A stretch of DNA of 64,000 nt from Polaromonas sp. (lineage in GTDB: Bacteria > Pseudomonadota > Gammaproteobacteria > Burkholderiales > Burkholderiaceae_C), in NCBI GenBank assembly GCA_004293655.1, contig RDZZ01000043.1:10235-74234 (forward strand). Direction: 5' to 3'. Made by a program: the position numbers and the translations under genes. The notes below the pieces were generated by a model. It saw nothing but the letters and a program-made list of their open reading frames with translations. It did not search any database and was not told the DNA's origin. Shown one piece after another: positions 19,749 through 29,393 of this stretch. Every line of letters starts with the position of its first letter. The first letter of the stretch is position 1.

Positions 19749-19778
19749 CCGCCTCTGGTTCAACCTGAATAAAAGTCA

Positions 19779-19795
19779 AGCATGAAGTGTGCCAA
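19779..19795 (-). promoter_or_regulatory. Sigma54 (-24/-12) promoter of nasFED
   Basis: Minus strand TTGGCACACTTCATGCT = GG-N10-GC. Confidence 0.8.
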
Positions 19796-19802
19796 TTTAT
19801 AT

Positions 19803-19970
19803 TTAAGGAGCCTCTGCACAACTCCCTGTGGTCTGTGGTCAGCCGGACTCGGGCATCTTATTGTGTTGTTTTTCTTGCCAATAGCTGTTGCAAGGCTGCA
19901 AAAAACGCCTTGCAGCCCATCCTGCGCCGACTGCCGCAGCATCCGCCAGAGTTATGCAGAGGCTCCTTAA
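19803..19970. mobile_element. MITE, 160 bp with 18-bp terminal inverted repeats, flanked by TTAA on both sides (IS5-like ends)
   Basis: ttaa-ggagcctctgcacaactc ... gagttatgcagaggctcc-ttaa; 21 of 22 nt match including TTAA; no credible ORF. Confidence 0.85.
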
Positions 19971-20048
19971 GAAGACAAAACCCTTGTCTTATCCGTGGGC
20001 GCACAGGCTTGACCCTGACTTTGGCGGTATCAGGCCACCTACGCTTGT

Positions 20049-20096
20049 TCACCCATCATGGTGCGTTTGATACGCTGCAAGCACAGGGTTTGTGCA
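20049..20096. promoter_or_regulatory. Tandem NtrC-type enhancer boxes
   Basis: agcacagggtttgtgca (20080-20096, GCAC-N7-GTGC) and weaker tcacccatcatggtgcg (20049-20065); centres 31 bp apart. Confidence 0.6.
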
Positions 20097-20133
20097 GTGC
20101 AGCAGTTTTTACATTCAAACTTTATGCTCGGGT

Positions 20134-21348
20134 CTATAGATAGTCCGCCATGGCAAGCACAGATTCGGCCACATCAAGCAGCCGCCGGTTCTGGCTCATG
20201 GCAGTTTGTCGCAGCATTTTGTAAGCATCGTCTTCACTGAGTTTGCGCGCAGCCATCAGCAAACCCTTGGCGCGCTCAACCACTTTGCGCTCGCTGAGTG
20301 CGGCGCGTACGGTTTCAAGCTCGTCGCTCATGGCTTGCAGCCGCTGGGCCTGTTCCTGCACTAACCCCAAAACAGAGCGTTCTATCTGAGGCCCGTAGTG
20401 TGCAGAGGTATCGGCGTTGGCAGCACTGGCCTGACGCGACAACTCATCGATGATCAGCTGTTGGTCATGCAGCTCTGCCTTGGCCTGCACAATCTTGCGT
20501 TCGCACAAGCGGCGAAGATTGCGGTACAGCAGGTCTTCAACTGTCTTCATGGCGTCGATGCGGCGTGTACAACAATCAAACCAGACTTGACTAAAGCTGC
20601 TATCGAACTGGTGACTTGCAGGCGTGCAACCTAGCCGGCGCTGGCGCTCCAAGTCCACCAAAACCCCCGTCAGTTGGCTGGCTCGCCAAGCGCCTGAAAC
20701 TGCCGTATCTGAAAAGTCTGCAAACACCTGAAAGCAACGTTCTTGTAGCTCAATCAAATGCAACCATTGCTGCTGCTGTGCTGTGTCTGTGCGGCCGGAC
20801 GCAAAGCAGGCTGCACCGAAGGCCCGCTCCTGGCCAGCAAACTCCTTGCCCTGCATGAAATTGAACATTGCTACCAATGCTCGCGAAATTTCAGGGTCTG
20901 TGGCGCTGTCTGCTGCCTCAAACACCACGACCAACAGCCCCGAGATCAGCCGGTTAAATGCTGCTGTTGACTCTGTGGGTGTCAGTGTACGGCTTGCAAT
21001 GCGCTGGCGCAGCGTGGGCAGGGCATCCAAAGCATGCAGCACGACTGCGATACGGCTAAACAGCCGGGCGCTGTTGCGCACTTGGGTCGGGCTTGTGTCC
21101 AGCGCATCAAAGTGTGTACGCACATTTTTTTCGATGTGCGTGCAGTGGGCGGTTTGCTGCTGGCGCTGCTCATTGAAGTGCATGCCGTTCGGTCCAAGAA
21201 AGACGTTGGACAGGCCGCGTTCTTTTTGCAGGGCATGACTCAGTTGCCCGATGGTACTTACCAGTTCGCTGGTCAATGCAAGCTGTTGCAGTTCCGCTAT
21301 CTCGCATTGGCGGGCAGCGACAAGAAAACTAAGTCCAGATTTCGTCAT
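20134..21348 (-). CDS. nasR: Nitrate-responsive antiterminator NasR (NIT sensor + ANTAR)
   Basis: HALQKERG.S and MQGKEFAGQERA (NIT domain); ERKVVERAKGLLM...LSEDDAYKMLRQTAM (ANTAR). Confidence 0.93.
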   Translation of the reverse strand: MTKSGLSFLVAARQCEIAELQQLALTSELVSTIGQLSHALQKERGLSNVFLGPNGMHFNEQRQQQTAHCTHIEKNVRTHFDALDTSPTQVRNSARLFSRIAVVLHALDALPTLRQRIASRTLTPTESTAAFNRLISGLLVVVFEAADSATDPEISRALVAMFNFMQGKEFAGQERAFGAACFASGRTDTAQQQQWLHLIELQERCFQVFADFSDTAVSGAWRASQLTGVLVDLERQRRLGCTPASHQFDSSFSQVWFDCCTRRIDAMKTVEDLLYRNLRRLCERKIVQAKAELHDQQLIIDELSRQASAANADTSAHYGPQIERSVLGLVQEQAQRLQAMSDELETVRAALSERKVVERAKGLLMAARKLSEDDAYKMLRQTAMSQNRRLLDVAESVLAMADYL

Positions 21349-21372
21349 GGTTGGGTTGAATGGTTAACTAGG

Positions 21373-21388
21373 TGCAATATTTGTGCCG
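21373..21388 (-). promoter_or_regulatory. Sigma54 promoter of nasR
   Basis: Minus strand CGGCACAAATATTGCA = GG-N10-GC with TTGC, 25 nt upstream of the start codon. Confidence 0.7.
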
Positions 21389-21424
21389 AATGCGCTGCGG
21401 ACAACAGTAAACAACCGCATCAGC

Positions 21425-22084
21425 TCACCATAGATTGGTTAATCGGCCATCATCGAGCTGAAAACCGCGCGCTGCCATGGTGCGCGCTTCCTGGGCGTCG
21501 TGCGTGACCAGCACAGTGGCGATGCCTGCAGATTCAATACGCCGGCTAAATTCTTCGCGCAAGTGTGACCGCAAATGTGTATCCAGTGCTGAAAATGGCT
21601 CGTCCAGTAACAACAGTCTTGGCTGCGTGATCAGCGCCCGTGCCAGCGCTACCCGTTGTTGTTCGCCGCCTGATAACGTCCAGACTTTTTGCGCGGTCAG
21701 TGCAGCCAAGCCAACCACTTGCAGCATATCGAACGCTCTCTGGCGCGCCTGGCTTGCATTGACACGCTGCTCCATCAGACCAAAGGCGACGTTACCCAGT
21801 ACGTCCAGATGCGGAAACAGGGCAAAGTCCTGAAACATCAACGCAAAGCCACGCCGGTGCGTTGGTGTCCTGGCGAGGTCCACACCACCGAACAACACCT
21901 GGCCTGAGTCTGGAGCCTCCAGTCCGGCGATGATTTTCAGCAGTGTACTTTTGCCGCTGCCAGATGGCCCAAGCACGGCGACCACTTCGCCAGCGTTGAC
22001 CGACAGGTTCAGCTTGTGCGCCAAGGTACGGGATTGGCCTGATGGTGCAACCAGTGTTTTTTGAAGGTCTTTGAGCTCAAGCAC
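21425..22084 (-). CDS. Thiamine ABC transporter ATP-binding subunit (ThiQ-like)
   Basis: GPSGSGKST, FQDFALFPHL, LSGGEQQRVALARAL; GTG start at 22084 overlaps the permease stop. Confidence 0.85.
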   Translation of the reverse strand: MLELKDLQKTLVAPSGQSRTLAHKLNLSVNAGEVVAVLGPSGSGKSTLLKIIAGLEAPDSGQVLFGGVDLARTPTHRRGFALMFQDFALFPHLDVLGNVAFGLMEQRVNASQARQRAFDMLQVVGLAALTAQKVWTLSGGEQQRVALARALITQPRLLLLDEPFSALDTHLRSHLREEFSRRIESAGIATVLVTHDAQEARTMAARGFQLDDGRLTNLW

Positions 22085-23711
22085 GTGCAGTATTTCCGGC
22101 AGCAGAAGAAAAGGACAGGTGCGGCAGTTTGCGACCAGCTGGCTGATATTCCAGTACCAAAAACGCCAACAGGGCCAGCACCATGAGCAGGCATGCCAAC
22201 ACCAGTGCCTCGTCAAGGTTGGCGGCACCTGGCCTGGACAGGCGCTGGTAGATCAGCGTGGTCAGTGTGGTCCATTCTGGGCGTGACAAAAACAGGCTCA
22301 CTGCAAACTCTCCCAAAGCCGAGGCTGCCGCAAAGGCCACACCACGCTGTAACGCTGGCAATATGAAAGGCAAGGTGACACGCCAAAAACATCGCCAGGG
22401 CGACGCTCCCAGGGTAGCGGCAACTTGCCACAGGTGGGCGGGCAGGCTGTCCAGCGCTGCGCTGATGGATTTGGCGACAAACGGATACGCCAGCAGGGCG
22501 TACGCGCTGACAAGCAGCGTTTGCGTGGCCGCCCACTGCGGGTAGAGCAGCAGCAGGCCGAACGCCACCATCACAGGTGACACCACAAAAGGCAGGTAGG
22601 CAGCAGCACGCAGCCATGCACTGCGCTGCGCGACCAGTGCGTGCGTCAAACCGAGCAACGTCGCCAGGCCCACGGCTGCCACAGAAAAACGCAGGGTGTT
22701 CCACAAGGCCTGCAGGGTTGACTCATCCAGCAGCACCGCCCAGATTGTCGGCCCAGCCAGCAGTGCCCGCGCTGCAATGGCCAGCACAGGCGCTGCACAA
22801 CAGACCAGCAAAGCTGTCATGGCAGCCGCTACCATGGCCCATTCCAGGGCACCGACGGGCTGACGCATGACCACACAGTCGCTTTTGGCAGGCGCTGCCA
22901 AACGGTGCTCACTCAACGTGTAAAGCATGGCCACCGAGCTGGTGACCAGCATACCTACAACAGCCAGCACGCTTGCATCGGCCAGCTTCAGCTCGTATGC
23001 CACCAGCGTGTAGATTTCAACCTCCAGCGTGGCGTAGTGCTGGCCACCCAAAACCAGCGCCAGCCCAAAGCCACTGAAACAATACAAAAAAACCAGGCAC
23101 AGTGATGAGGCCAGCCACGGACGGGCTGCGGGCCACTCAATACGCCAAAAAGCTCGCCATGGCGTGGCTCCTAACGTACGCGCAGCAGCAAGACGCGATG
23201 CGCTGACCTGTGTCAGTCCATCAATACCCGCACGCACCAGCAGGCACAGGTTGAAAAAAACATTGCCATAGAGCAACAGCCAGGGCGTGTCCTGCAAATC
23301 CACACCGAGCCATGTCATACCTAATCCGCGTGGCCCCAAAAGAGCCAGCACACCCAGTGCAGCAACCAGTGTGGGCACGATAAAAGGCAGCATCAACAAG
23401 CGCAACACCAGCGCCCGGCCAGTGAACTGGATGCGCGCCAATACCCAGGCCACCGGCAAGCCAACGGCCAACACCAGCATGCAGGTTGCACCGGCCTGTA
23501 GCAAAGACCACAACAGCCGCCAGCGCAGGTAGCTGTCTTGCCAAAGCGCCGTGATGATCGTGGGTGTGGCAGTACCTTGCCCTTCCAGCATCAGGCGCAG
23601 GGCGGGTGCCAACAGAAAAAAGACCAAAAAAAGTATCGGCAGGGTGCCTAGCGCCAGCCAGTACGCGGGGGCGGGCTGCAGGGAGATTTGCCGATGACTC
23701 AATACACGCAT
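22077..23711 (-). CDS. thiP: Thiamine/iron(III)-type ABC transporter permease (ThiP-like, duplicated domain)
   Basis: Two EAA-like loops (AAARTLGATPW, VAATLGASPW); position in the thi operon. Confidence 0.85.
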   Translation of the reverse strand: MRVLSHRQISLQPAPAYWLALGTLPILFLVFFLLAPALRLMLEGQGTATPTIITALWQDSYLRWRLLWSLLQAGATCMLVLAVGLPVAWVLARIQFTGRALVLRLLMLPFIVPTLVAALGVLALLGPRGLGMTWLGVDLQDTPWLLLYGNVFFNLCLLVRAGIDGLTQVSASRLAAARTLGATPWRAFWRIEWPAARPWLASSLCLVFLYCFSGFGLALVLGGQHYATLEVEIYTLVAYELKLADASVLAVVGMLVTSSVAMLYTLSEHRLAAPAKSDCVVMRQPVGALEWAMVAAAMTALLVCCAAPVLAIAARALLAGPTIWAVLLDESTLQALWNTLRFSVAAVGLATLLGLTHALVAQRSAWLRAAAYLPFVVSPVMVAFGLLLLYPQWAATQTLLVSAYALLAYPFVAKSISAALDSLPAHLWQVAATLGASPWRCFWRVTLPFILPALQRGVAFAAASALGEFAVSLFLSRPEWTTLTTLIYQRLSRPGAANLDEALVLACLLMVLALLAFLVLEYQPAGRKLPHLSFSSAAGNTARA

Positions 23712-23721
23712 GACGCGCTGA

Positions 23722-24783
23722 TTACTTCAGCACCACCCGTGTCCAGCGGCTGACCCAGTCGCTGCTTCTGGCAAGTATCACGTCATGGCTCAGGCTGTCA
23801 TAGCTGGCAGGCTCAGGTGCATGACGCATGACCTCGGTACGAACCACGCCAGGGTCAACCGGAAACATCCACATGGAAGTTTGCAGGGCATCTTGCACCG
23901 CACCAGAGCGCATGAACTCGATAAACTTGATGGCTGCCTCGCGTTGCCCGCCGCCTTTGACAAGCGCAACGCCTTCAATTTGCTGAAAAACGCCACCCTT
24001 GAGAAACAGGCTGCCTGTCGGCGGTTCAACTACTTTTTCTTTGCTGTAGAACACCTCGGCTGCAGGACTGGTAACGTAGCTGACCACCAGCGGATGCTTG
24101 CCGCCGTTACGGCTGAACTCGGTGTAGTAAGCATCGCTCCAGCCTTTAGCCACCTTGACACCGTTGGTGCGCATTCGTGCCCACCAGTCAAAAGCTGCCG
24201 TCTCGCCCATGCCTGCAATCGTGGCGAGCATGAAGGCATGGCCAGGACTGGATGTGGCAGGGTTTTGCACCACCAGCAGGTTGCGGTAGGCTGGCTGCGT
24301 CAGATCTTCCAGCGTTTTGGGCAAGGCCAGACCTGATTTGGCAAAGCTGGCTTTGTCATAGTTCAGCGTAACGTAGCTGTAGCCGATGGCCGTCGCGCTC
24401 GCACCAAGGCCGATGCTGCCAGCGCGCTGTTGGGTCAAAGAAGTGACGGCGGTTGGGTAAGCGTCCAGCACACCAGCGGCCTGCGCTTTAGCGATCAATG
24501 TATTGTCGATACCATACACCACGTCTCCAAGGGGTTGCGCACGTGTGAGGATCAGTTTGTTGAGCATCTCACCCGCGTCACCAGCTTTGACAATGCTGAG
24601 CTTGACACCCGCATCAAGTTCAAATTTGGCCAGCAGGGGCTTAGGCAAAGAAAACGAGTTGTGAACCAGCACTTTAAGGTCTTGTGCTGAGCTTGGGGTG
24701 CTGAAAGCACAAGCCAAGACGGGCACGAGAGCCAGCTTGGTGAAGGTTGAAAATAACAGGGTATATCGTTTCATGATGTTCAT
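23722..24783 (-). CDS. thiB: Thiamine ABC transporter substrate-binding protein
   Basis: HNSF, GDAGEMLNKLIL, DVVYGIDN, NPATSSPG, GWSDAY, VVSYVTSPAAE; TPP riboswitch upstream; start uncertain (24774, 24783 or 24825). Confidence 0.9.
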   Translation of the reverse strand: MNIMKRYTLLFSTFTKLALVPVLACAFSTPSSAQDLKVLVHNSFSLPKPLLAKFELDAGVKLSIVKAGDAGEMLNKLILTRAQPLGDVVYGIDNTLIAKAQAAGVLDAYPTAVTSLTQQRAGSIGLGASATAIGYSYVTLNYDKASFAKSGLALPKTLEDLTQPAYRNLLVVQNPATSSPGHAFMLATIAGMGETAAFDWWARMRTNGVKVAKGWSDAYYTEFSRNGGKHPLVVSYVTSPAAEVFYSKEKVVEPPTGSLFLKGGVFQQIEGVALVKGGGQREAAIKFIEFMRSGAVQDALQTSMWMFPVDPGVVRTEVMRHAPEPASYDSLSHDVILARSSDWVSRWTRVVLK

Positions 24784-24857
24784 TGCTTTGGCTTGGCGGG
24801 TCAGGATCGAAAACAAGGCGCGCAAAATCGCGGTTGGCCTGAGCCGCTTGTTGACTA

Positions 24858-24952
24858 AACGCCTTCTATACTGGCATGACCCAGATCAGGTGGAAGGGGT
24901 AACTCTCAGCCCATGCATACTCTGGTGGCATGCACGAACATCCCCGGTAAAC
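24858..24952 (-). promoter_or_regulatory. TPP (THI-box) riboswitch with deviations from consensus
   Basis: Minus strand GGGG...GGCTGAGAGTTACCCC...ACCTGATCTGGGTCATGCCAG; upstream of thiB. Confidence 0.85.
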
Positions 24953-25034
24953 TGTAAATTGTAGGCTCGCCGTACGCTCTCAGGCACACAGCGTCGATGC
25001 CTGTGCTTTTTCAGATGCCTTGTACACTCATGCT

Positions 25035-26069
25035 ATGTTGATAGTTGCATTTGAATCGAGCTGTGATGAAACAGGTGTGGCGCTGGTAGATGCGTCTGGC
25101 AGCCATGTACCGCGCCTGCTGGCTCATGCTTTGTACAGCCAGATTGACATGCACCAGGCCTATGGTGGCGTGGTGCCGGAGCTGGCCAGCCGCGACCACA
25201 TCCGCCGCGTGGTGCCGCTGACACGTGAGGTGATGGCGCAAGCGCAAAAGTCACTGACTGACGTGGATGTGGTGGCTTACACGCGTGGGCCTGGTCTGGC
25301 TGGCGCGCTGCTGGTGGGTGCAGGTGCAGCGTGTGCGTTAGCAGCGGCTCTTGGCAAGCCGGTGATGGGCGTTCATCACCTTGAGGGGCACCTGCTCTCA
25401 CCTTTTTTAAGTGCAGACCCGCCCGAGTTTCCTTTTGTGGCCTTGTTGGTGTCTGGCGGCCATACCCAGCTGATGCAGGTGGACAGCGTTGGCTGTTATG
25501 AACTGCTGGGCGAGAGCATTGACGATGCGGCGGGCGAGGCCTTTGACAAGTCAGCCAAACTCATGGGTTTGCCCTATCCAGGCGGGCCACAACTGTCAAA
25601 ACTGGCAGAGCAAGGCGATGCCAACGCCTTCAAGTTACCGCGCCCTCTTCTGCGTAGTAGCAACCTCGACTTTTCATTTGCTGGACTGAAAACCGCTGTG
25701 TTGACCCAGACTAAAAAGATCGGTGCGGAACTCGACATGCGTAAAGCTGATCTTGCAGCATCCGCGCAGGCCGCGATTGTGGAAGTGTTGGTTAAGAAAT
25801 CCATGAGTGCCATGTCCCAGACTGGGCTCAGGCGGCTGGTGGTCGCAGGCGGTGTGGGTGCCAATGCCTTGCTGCGAAGCGAGCTGAACTCAGCTTGTGG
25901 AAAACGCAATATTCGAGTGCATTACCCCGAGCTGCATTTGTGTACAGACAACGGCGCCATGATTGCGCTGGCTGCTGGGATGCGCTCGCAAGCAGGGCTG
26001 CAAGACCTGCAAGAAAGCTACACTTTTGACGTTCTACCGCGTTGGAGTTTACAGGCTGCAAACCTGTAG
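25035..26069 (+). CDS. tsaD: tRNA threonylcarbamoyladenosine biosynthesis protein TsaD
   Basis: [50 protein letters not shown]. Confidence 0.97.
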   Translation: MLIVAFESSCDETGVALVDASGSHVPRLLAHALYSQIDMHQAYGGVVPELASRDHIRRVVPLTREVMAQAQKSLTDVDVVAYTRGPGLAGALLVGAGAACALAAALGKPVMGVHHLEGHLLSPFLSADPPEFPFVALLVSGGHTQLMQVDSVGCYELLGESIDDAAGEAFDKSAKLMGLPYPGGPQLSKLAEQGDANAFKLPRPLLRSSNLDFSFAGLKTAVLTQTKKIGAELDMRKADLAASAQAAIVEVLVKKSMSAMSQTGLRRLVVAGGVGANALLRSELNSACGKRNIRVHYPELHLCTDNGAMIALAAGMRSQAGLQDLQESYTFDVLPRWSLQAANL

Positions 26070-26150
26070 GCGACCTGTCAAATACAGCTGCATCTCAACC
26101 GAGACGCGGACTGTCAGCTTCTCAAGAATAGTAAACAGCAAAGAATATCC

Positions 26151-27401
26151 ATGACCTTCAAGTGCCTTTTGACTGCGTTTTGCCTGACAACTTCATTGGT
26201 TACCAATGCCCAGCCCGTGCCCATCAAAGTAGCGTTGATTGAAGGTATGTCTGGCCCGTTTGCCAATACGGGTGAAGCGGTTTTCCGCAATCTGGTGTGG
26301 GCCACTGAGCGCGTCAATGCACGTGGTGGTGTGAAGATGCCCGGCGGTTCACGCAATCTTTTGATTGAGCGTTATGACAGCAAAGGCCAAAGCGAAGAAG
26401 CTTTGACTGCACTGCGTTCGGCCATTGATGATGGTGTAACCGTCATCGCACAAGGTAATTCGTCAGCCATTGCGCCGGTATTGATTGACGCCATTAACAA
26501 ACACAATGAGCGTGAACCCAGCCGGCGTGTGGTGTTTTTGAACTATTCAGCGGGCGACCCAGCACTGACCAATGAGAAATGCAGCTTCTGGCACTTTCGC
26601 TTTGATGCACATGTTGACATGCGTATTGCTGCGCTGATGCAGGTGCTTAAAGAAGACAAAGCGACCCAAAGTATTTACATGATCGGCCAAGACTACAGCT
26701 TCGGTCAGTCTGTACTGAAGGAAGCGCGCCTGCAAATCACGTCGCAGCGACCGGACGTGCAGATTGTGGGGGACGAGCTGCATCCGCTGGGCCGTGTCAA
26801 AGACTTCATTCCCTACGCCGCCAAAATCAAGGCCAGTGGCGCGCAAGCGGTGCTGACGGGTAATTGGGGCAATGACTTGACGCTGCTGATCAAAGCTGCC
26901 AGAGATGTGGGTTACGAGGGCAAGTTCTACACTTTTTACGGCAATGCATTGGGCGCACCTGCAGCGATTGGCGATGCGGGCGTAGGTAAGGTGATCGCTG
27001 TAGCCGAATGGTTTCCGAATGCTGCGGGTGCGCCTTCAGAGGCGTTTTACCAGTCCTTTCGCCAGCGCTTCCCGGCACCTAAAGACGACTATGTTCACAT
27101 GCGTATGCAAATGGTGATTGAAGCGTTGGCGCAAAGTATGGAAAAAGCCGCATCCATTGAAGCTGGGGCTGTGGCTGCACAAATGGAAAAAGTTTCCGTA
27201 ACGATGGCAGGACAAACTGGCACCATGCGCGCTGCTGACCATCAGTTCCAGCAGCCACTACTGGTAGCACAGATGGGCAAGCAGGGAGATGCGGGTATCA
27301 AGTTTGATGTCGAAGGCTCGGGCTATGGCTTTCGCGTACTCAAGACAATTGCCAGCGACAAGGCGGCGATGCCTACTACTTGCAAGATGGTTCGACCTTG
27401 A
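26151..27401 (+). CDS. Branched-chain amino acid ABC-type periplasmic binding protein (stand-alone)
   Basis: Signal peptide; SGPFAN.GE, QDYSFG, KDF.PY..KI.ASGA..V.TGNWGNDL. Confidence 0.88.
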   Translation: MTFKCLLTAFCLTTSLVTNAQPVPIKVALIEGMSGPFANTGEAVFRNLVWATERVNARGGVKMPGGSRNLLIERYDSKGQSEEALTALRSAIDDGVTVIAQGNSSAIAPVLIDAINKHNEREPSRRVVFLNYSAGDPALTNEKCSFWHFRFDAHVDMRIAALMQVLKEDKATQSIYMIGQDYSFGQSVLKEARLQITSQRPDVQIVGDELHPLGRVKDFIPYAAKIKASGAQAVLTGNWGNDLTLLIKAARDVGYEGKFYTFYGNALGAPAAIGDAGVGKVIAVAEWFPNAAGAPSEAFYQSFRQRFPAPKDDYVHMRMQMVIEALAQSMEKAASIEAGAVAAQMEKVSVTMAGQTGTMRAADHQFQQPLLVAQMGKQGDAGIKFDVEGSGYGFRVLKTIASDKAAMPTTCKMVRP

Positions 27402-27538
27402 GGGAGTCTTCAACGCGCAGAGCAGGAGCGCGCGAAGGACGTGGACGTGGATAATTTATAAAGCTTTCTCCGTGTACTCTGCATGGAACGCCTCTTCTCC
27501 GCGTTGAATTGCCCGTCTTCAATCTCATCACTTCCAAC

Positions 27539-28726
27539 ATGCGCCAAGCCGTCTTAAACCTCGAAGAATCCATGATCCGCCAAGTAGCCAATGCCGGCAT
27601 GGGGCGCGGTGATGTACTCAAGTTCTGGTTTGGTGAAAGCGATGAAGTCACGCCCGCTTTTATACGGGATGCTGCCATTGCGTCATTGCAGCGGGGAGAG
27701 ACTTTTTATGCGCACAACCTGGGGTTACCTGAACTGCGCGATGCTATCGCAGCCTATACCAATAGCCTGCGCATAGCTGGAGCTGCGCCAGTCGGCAGTG
27801 AACGTATTGCAGTGACTTCAGGCGGCGTCAGCGCGCTGATGCTGGCGGTACAGGCACTGGTTGACAAGGGTGATGAGGTGGTCGCAGTCACGCCTGTCTG
27901 GCCTAACCTGACAGCGCAACCTGCCATCATGGGTGCGACAGTCACATGCGTGAGTCTCAAACCGATAGACGGGCAGTGGCAGCTGGACATGGCGGCGTTG
28001 TTCGATGCCATCACGCCGAAAACGAAACTGTTGATCATCAATTCGCCCAACAACCCGACGGGCTGGACACTCACGCGCGCTGAGCAAGAGGCTATTCTTG
28101 CGCACTGCCGCCATACCGGCACCTGGATACTGGCCGACGAGGTGTATGAGCGTCTGTACTTTGAGCCGACGCCAAGCGGCGCTGCGCCGAGTTTTCTGGA
28201 TATCGCCACGCCTGAAGACCGTCTGGTTGTCGCGCACAGTTTTTCAAAGAGCTTTTTAATGACCGGCTGGCGACTCGGCTGGCTGGTGATGCCACCCACT
28301 GTGACGCCGCACATGGGTAAGCTGGTGGAGTTCAATACATCTTGCGCGCCAGTGTTCTCGCAGCACGCAGCGTTGGTGGCAATTGAGCGTACAGCAGACA
28401 TCACCCCGCGTGTGGTGGCGCACCTTAAAGCCTGCCGCGACACGCTGGTGCCGCTCTTGCAGGCTGTGCCTGGCGTTCAGGTCACGCCTGCCACAGGTGG
28501 CATGTATGCGTTTTTCAGACTGAAAGATCAGACTCGATTCGGTGACTCCCTCAACACCGCCAAGCGCTTGGTACTTGAGGCTGGTTTGGGCCTGGCACCG
28601 GGAAATGCGTTCATGGTCAACCCGGCACCAGAAGCTCAGGGCTGGCTGCGTTGGTGCTTTGCCAGCCAAGATATGAACAGGCTAACGCAGGGTGTTGAGC
28701 GGCTAGAACGTTGGCTTAGACTATAA
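27539..28726 (+). CDS. PLP-dependent class I/II aminotransferase
   Basis: [27 protein letters not shown]. Confidence 0.93.
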   Translation: MRQAVLNLEESMIRQVANAGMGRGDVLKFWFGESDEVTPAFIRDAAIASLQRGETFYAHNLGLPELRDAIAAYTNSLRIAGAAPVGSERIAVTSGGVSALMLAVQALVDKGDEVVAVTPVWPNLTAQPAIMGATVTCVSLKPIDGQWQLDMAALFDAITPKTKLLIINSPNNPTGWTLTRAEQEAILAHCRHTGTWILADEVYERLYFEPTPSGAAPSFLDIATPEDRLVVAHSFSKSFLMTGWRLGWLVMPPTVTPHMGKLVEFNTSCAPVFSQHAALVAIERTADITPRVVAHLKACRDTLVPLLQAVPGVQVTPATGGMYAFFRLKDQTRFGDSLNTAKRLVLEAGLGLAPGNAFMVNPAPEAQGWLRWCFASQDMNRLTQGVERLERWLRL

Positions 28727-28878
28727 TCTGGGGCTGTGTGCATTTTGATGGCAACGTCCTTGGAACGTTGAAGTCACGTGCCATTCACGACGAAAGTGGT
28801 TTATTCAGGTCCCATGTCGGGAAGTGCTACTTCGCTCGCAAGTCATCACACCTTCAAACAGGTGCAGGAAAGAAATTT

Positions 28879-29145
28879 ATGATTGCAAAATCAATCAAAG
28901 CTGAAATTGTTCAGTCTAACGCCCGCTCTGTTGGCGACACTGGAAGCCCTGAAGTTCAGGTTGCCCTGTTAACCGGTCGCATCAACGAGCTCACACCCCA
29001 CTTCAAAGCCAACGCCAAAGATCACCATGGTCGTCGCGGTTTGCTGCGCATGGTGAGTCGCCGCCGCAAATTGCTGGACTACTTAAAATCTCGGGATGCT
29101 GGCCGCTACACTGCATTGATCACCAAGCTTGGCTTGCGCAAATAA
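28879..29145 (+). CDS. rpsO: 30S ribosomal protein S15
   Basis: [13 protein letters not shown]...[13 protein letters not shown]...LGLRK. Confidence 0.98.
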   Translation: MIAKSIKAEIVQSNARSVGDTGSPEVQVALLTGRINELTPHFKANAKDHHGRRGLLRMVSRRRKLLDYLKSRDAGRYTALITKLGLRK

Positions 29146-29160
29146 CTTTGCAATCCAACG

Positions 29161-29198
29161 AAAACGCCTGAGTTAGTTCACTAGCTCAGGCGTTTTTT
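29161..29198 (+). terminator. rpsO terminator
   Basis: aaaacgcctgagttag-ttca-ctagctcaggcg-tttttt. Confidence 0.85.
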
Positions 29199-29270
29199 AC
29201 TTCAGCATATTCCGAAATTATTCGGGACTTTTCAAAATCATTCGGGATTAGGGCGAAAACGAGTTCGCGC

Positions 29271-29326
29271 TGTGTCATTCCATAAAACTGACTGTTCGTA
29301 AACAGGACTTTTCTGGAATGGCATCG
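29271..29326 (+). promoter_or_regulatory. Long stem-loop in the pnp leader (candidate RNase III processing and autoregulation site)
   Basis: tgtcattcca...tggaatggca arms; same position as the known E. coli pnp leader stem. Confidence 0.55.
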
Positions 29327-29393
29327 TTCTCATTCGCCACAACACCGGGCATCTTGCACTGCCTCAAGTGCATGAAATTCTTGGAGTTACAGC

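Noticed and set aside
19760-20143. Several 60-118 aa ORFs between nasF and nasR
   Set aside because: They overlap the MITE, the sigma54 promoter and the enhancer boxes, and show no protein features
26151-27401. Stand-alone branched-chain amino acid binding protein without permeases
   Set aside because: Orphan LivJ-type proteins are very common in Comamonadaceae, and nothing else here is unusual
29208-29250. Short direct repeat aaat(t/c)attcggga twice in the pnp leader
   Set aside because: Only two short copies with no spacer array; not CRISPR-like and not interpretable
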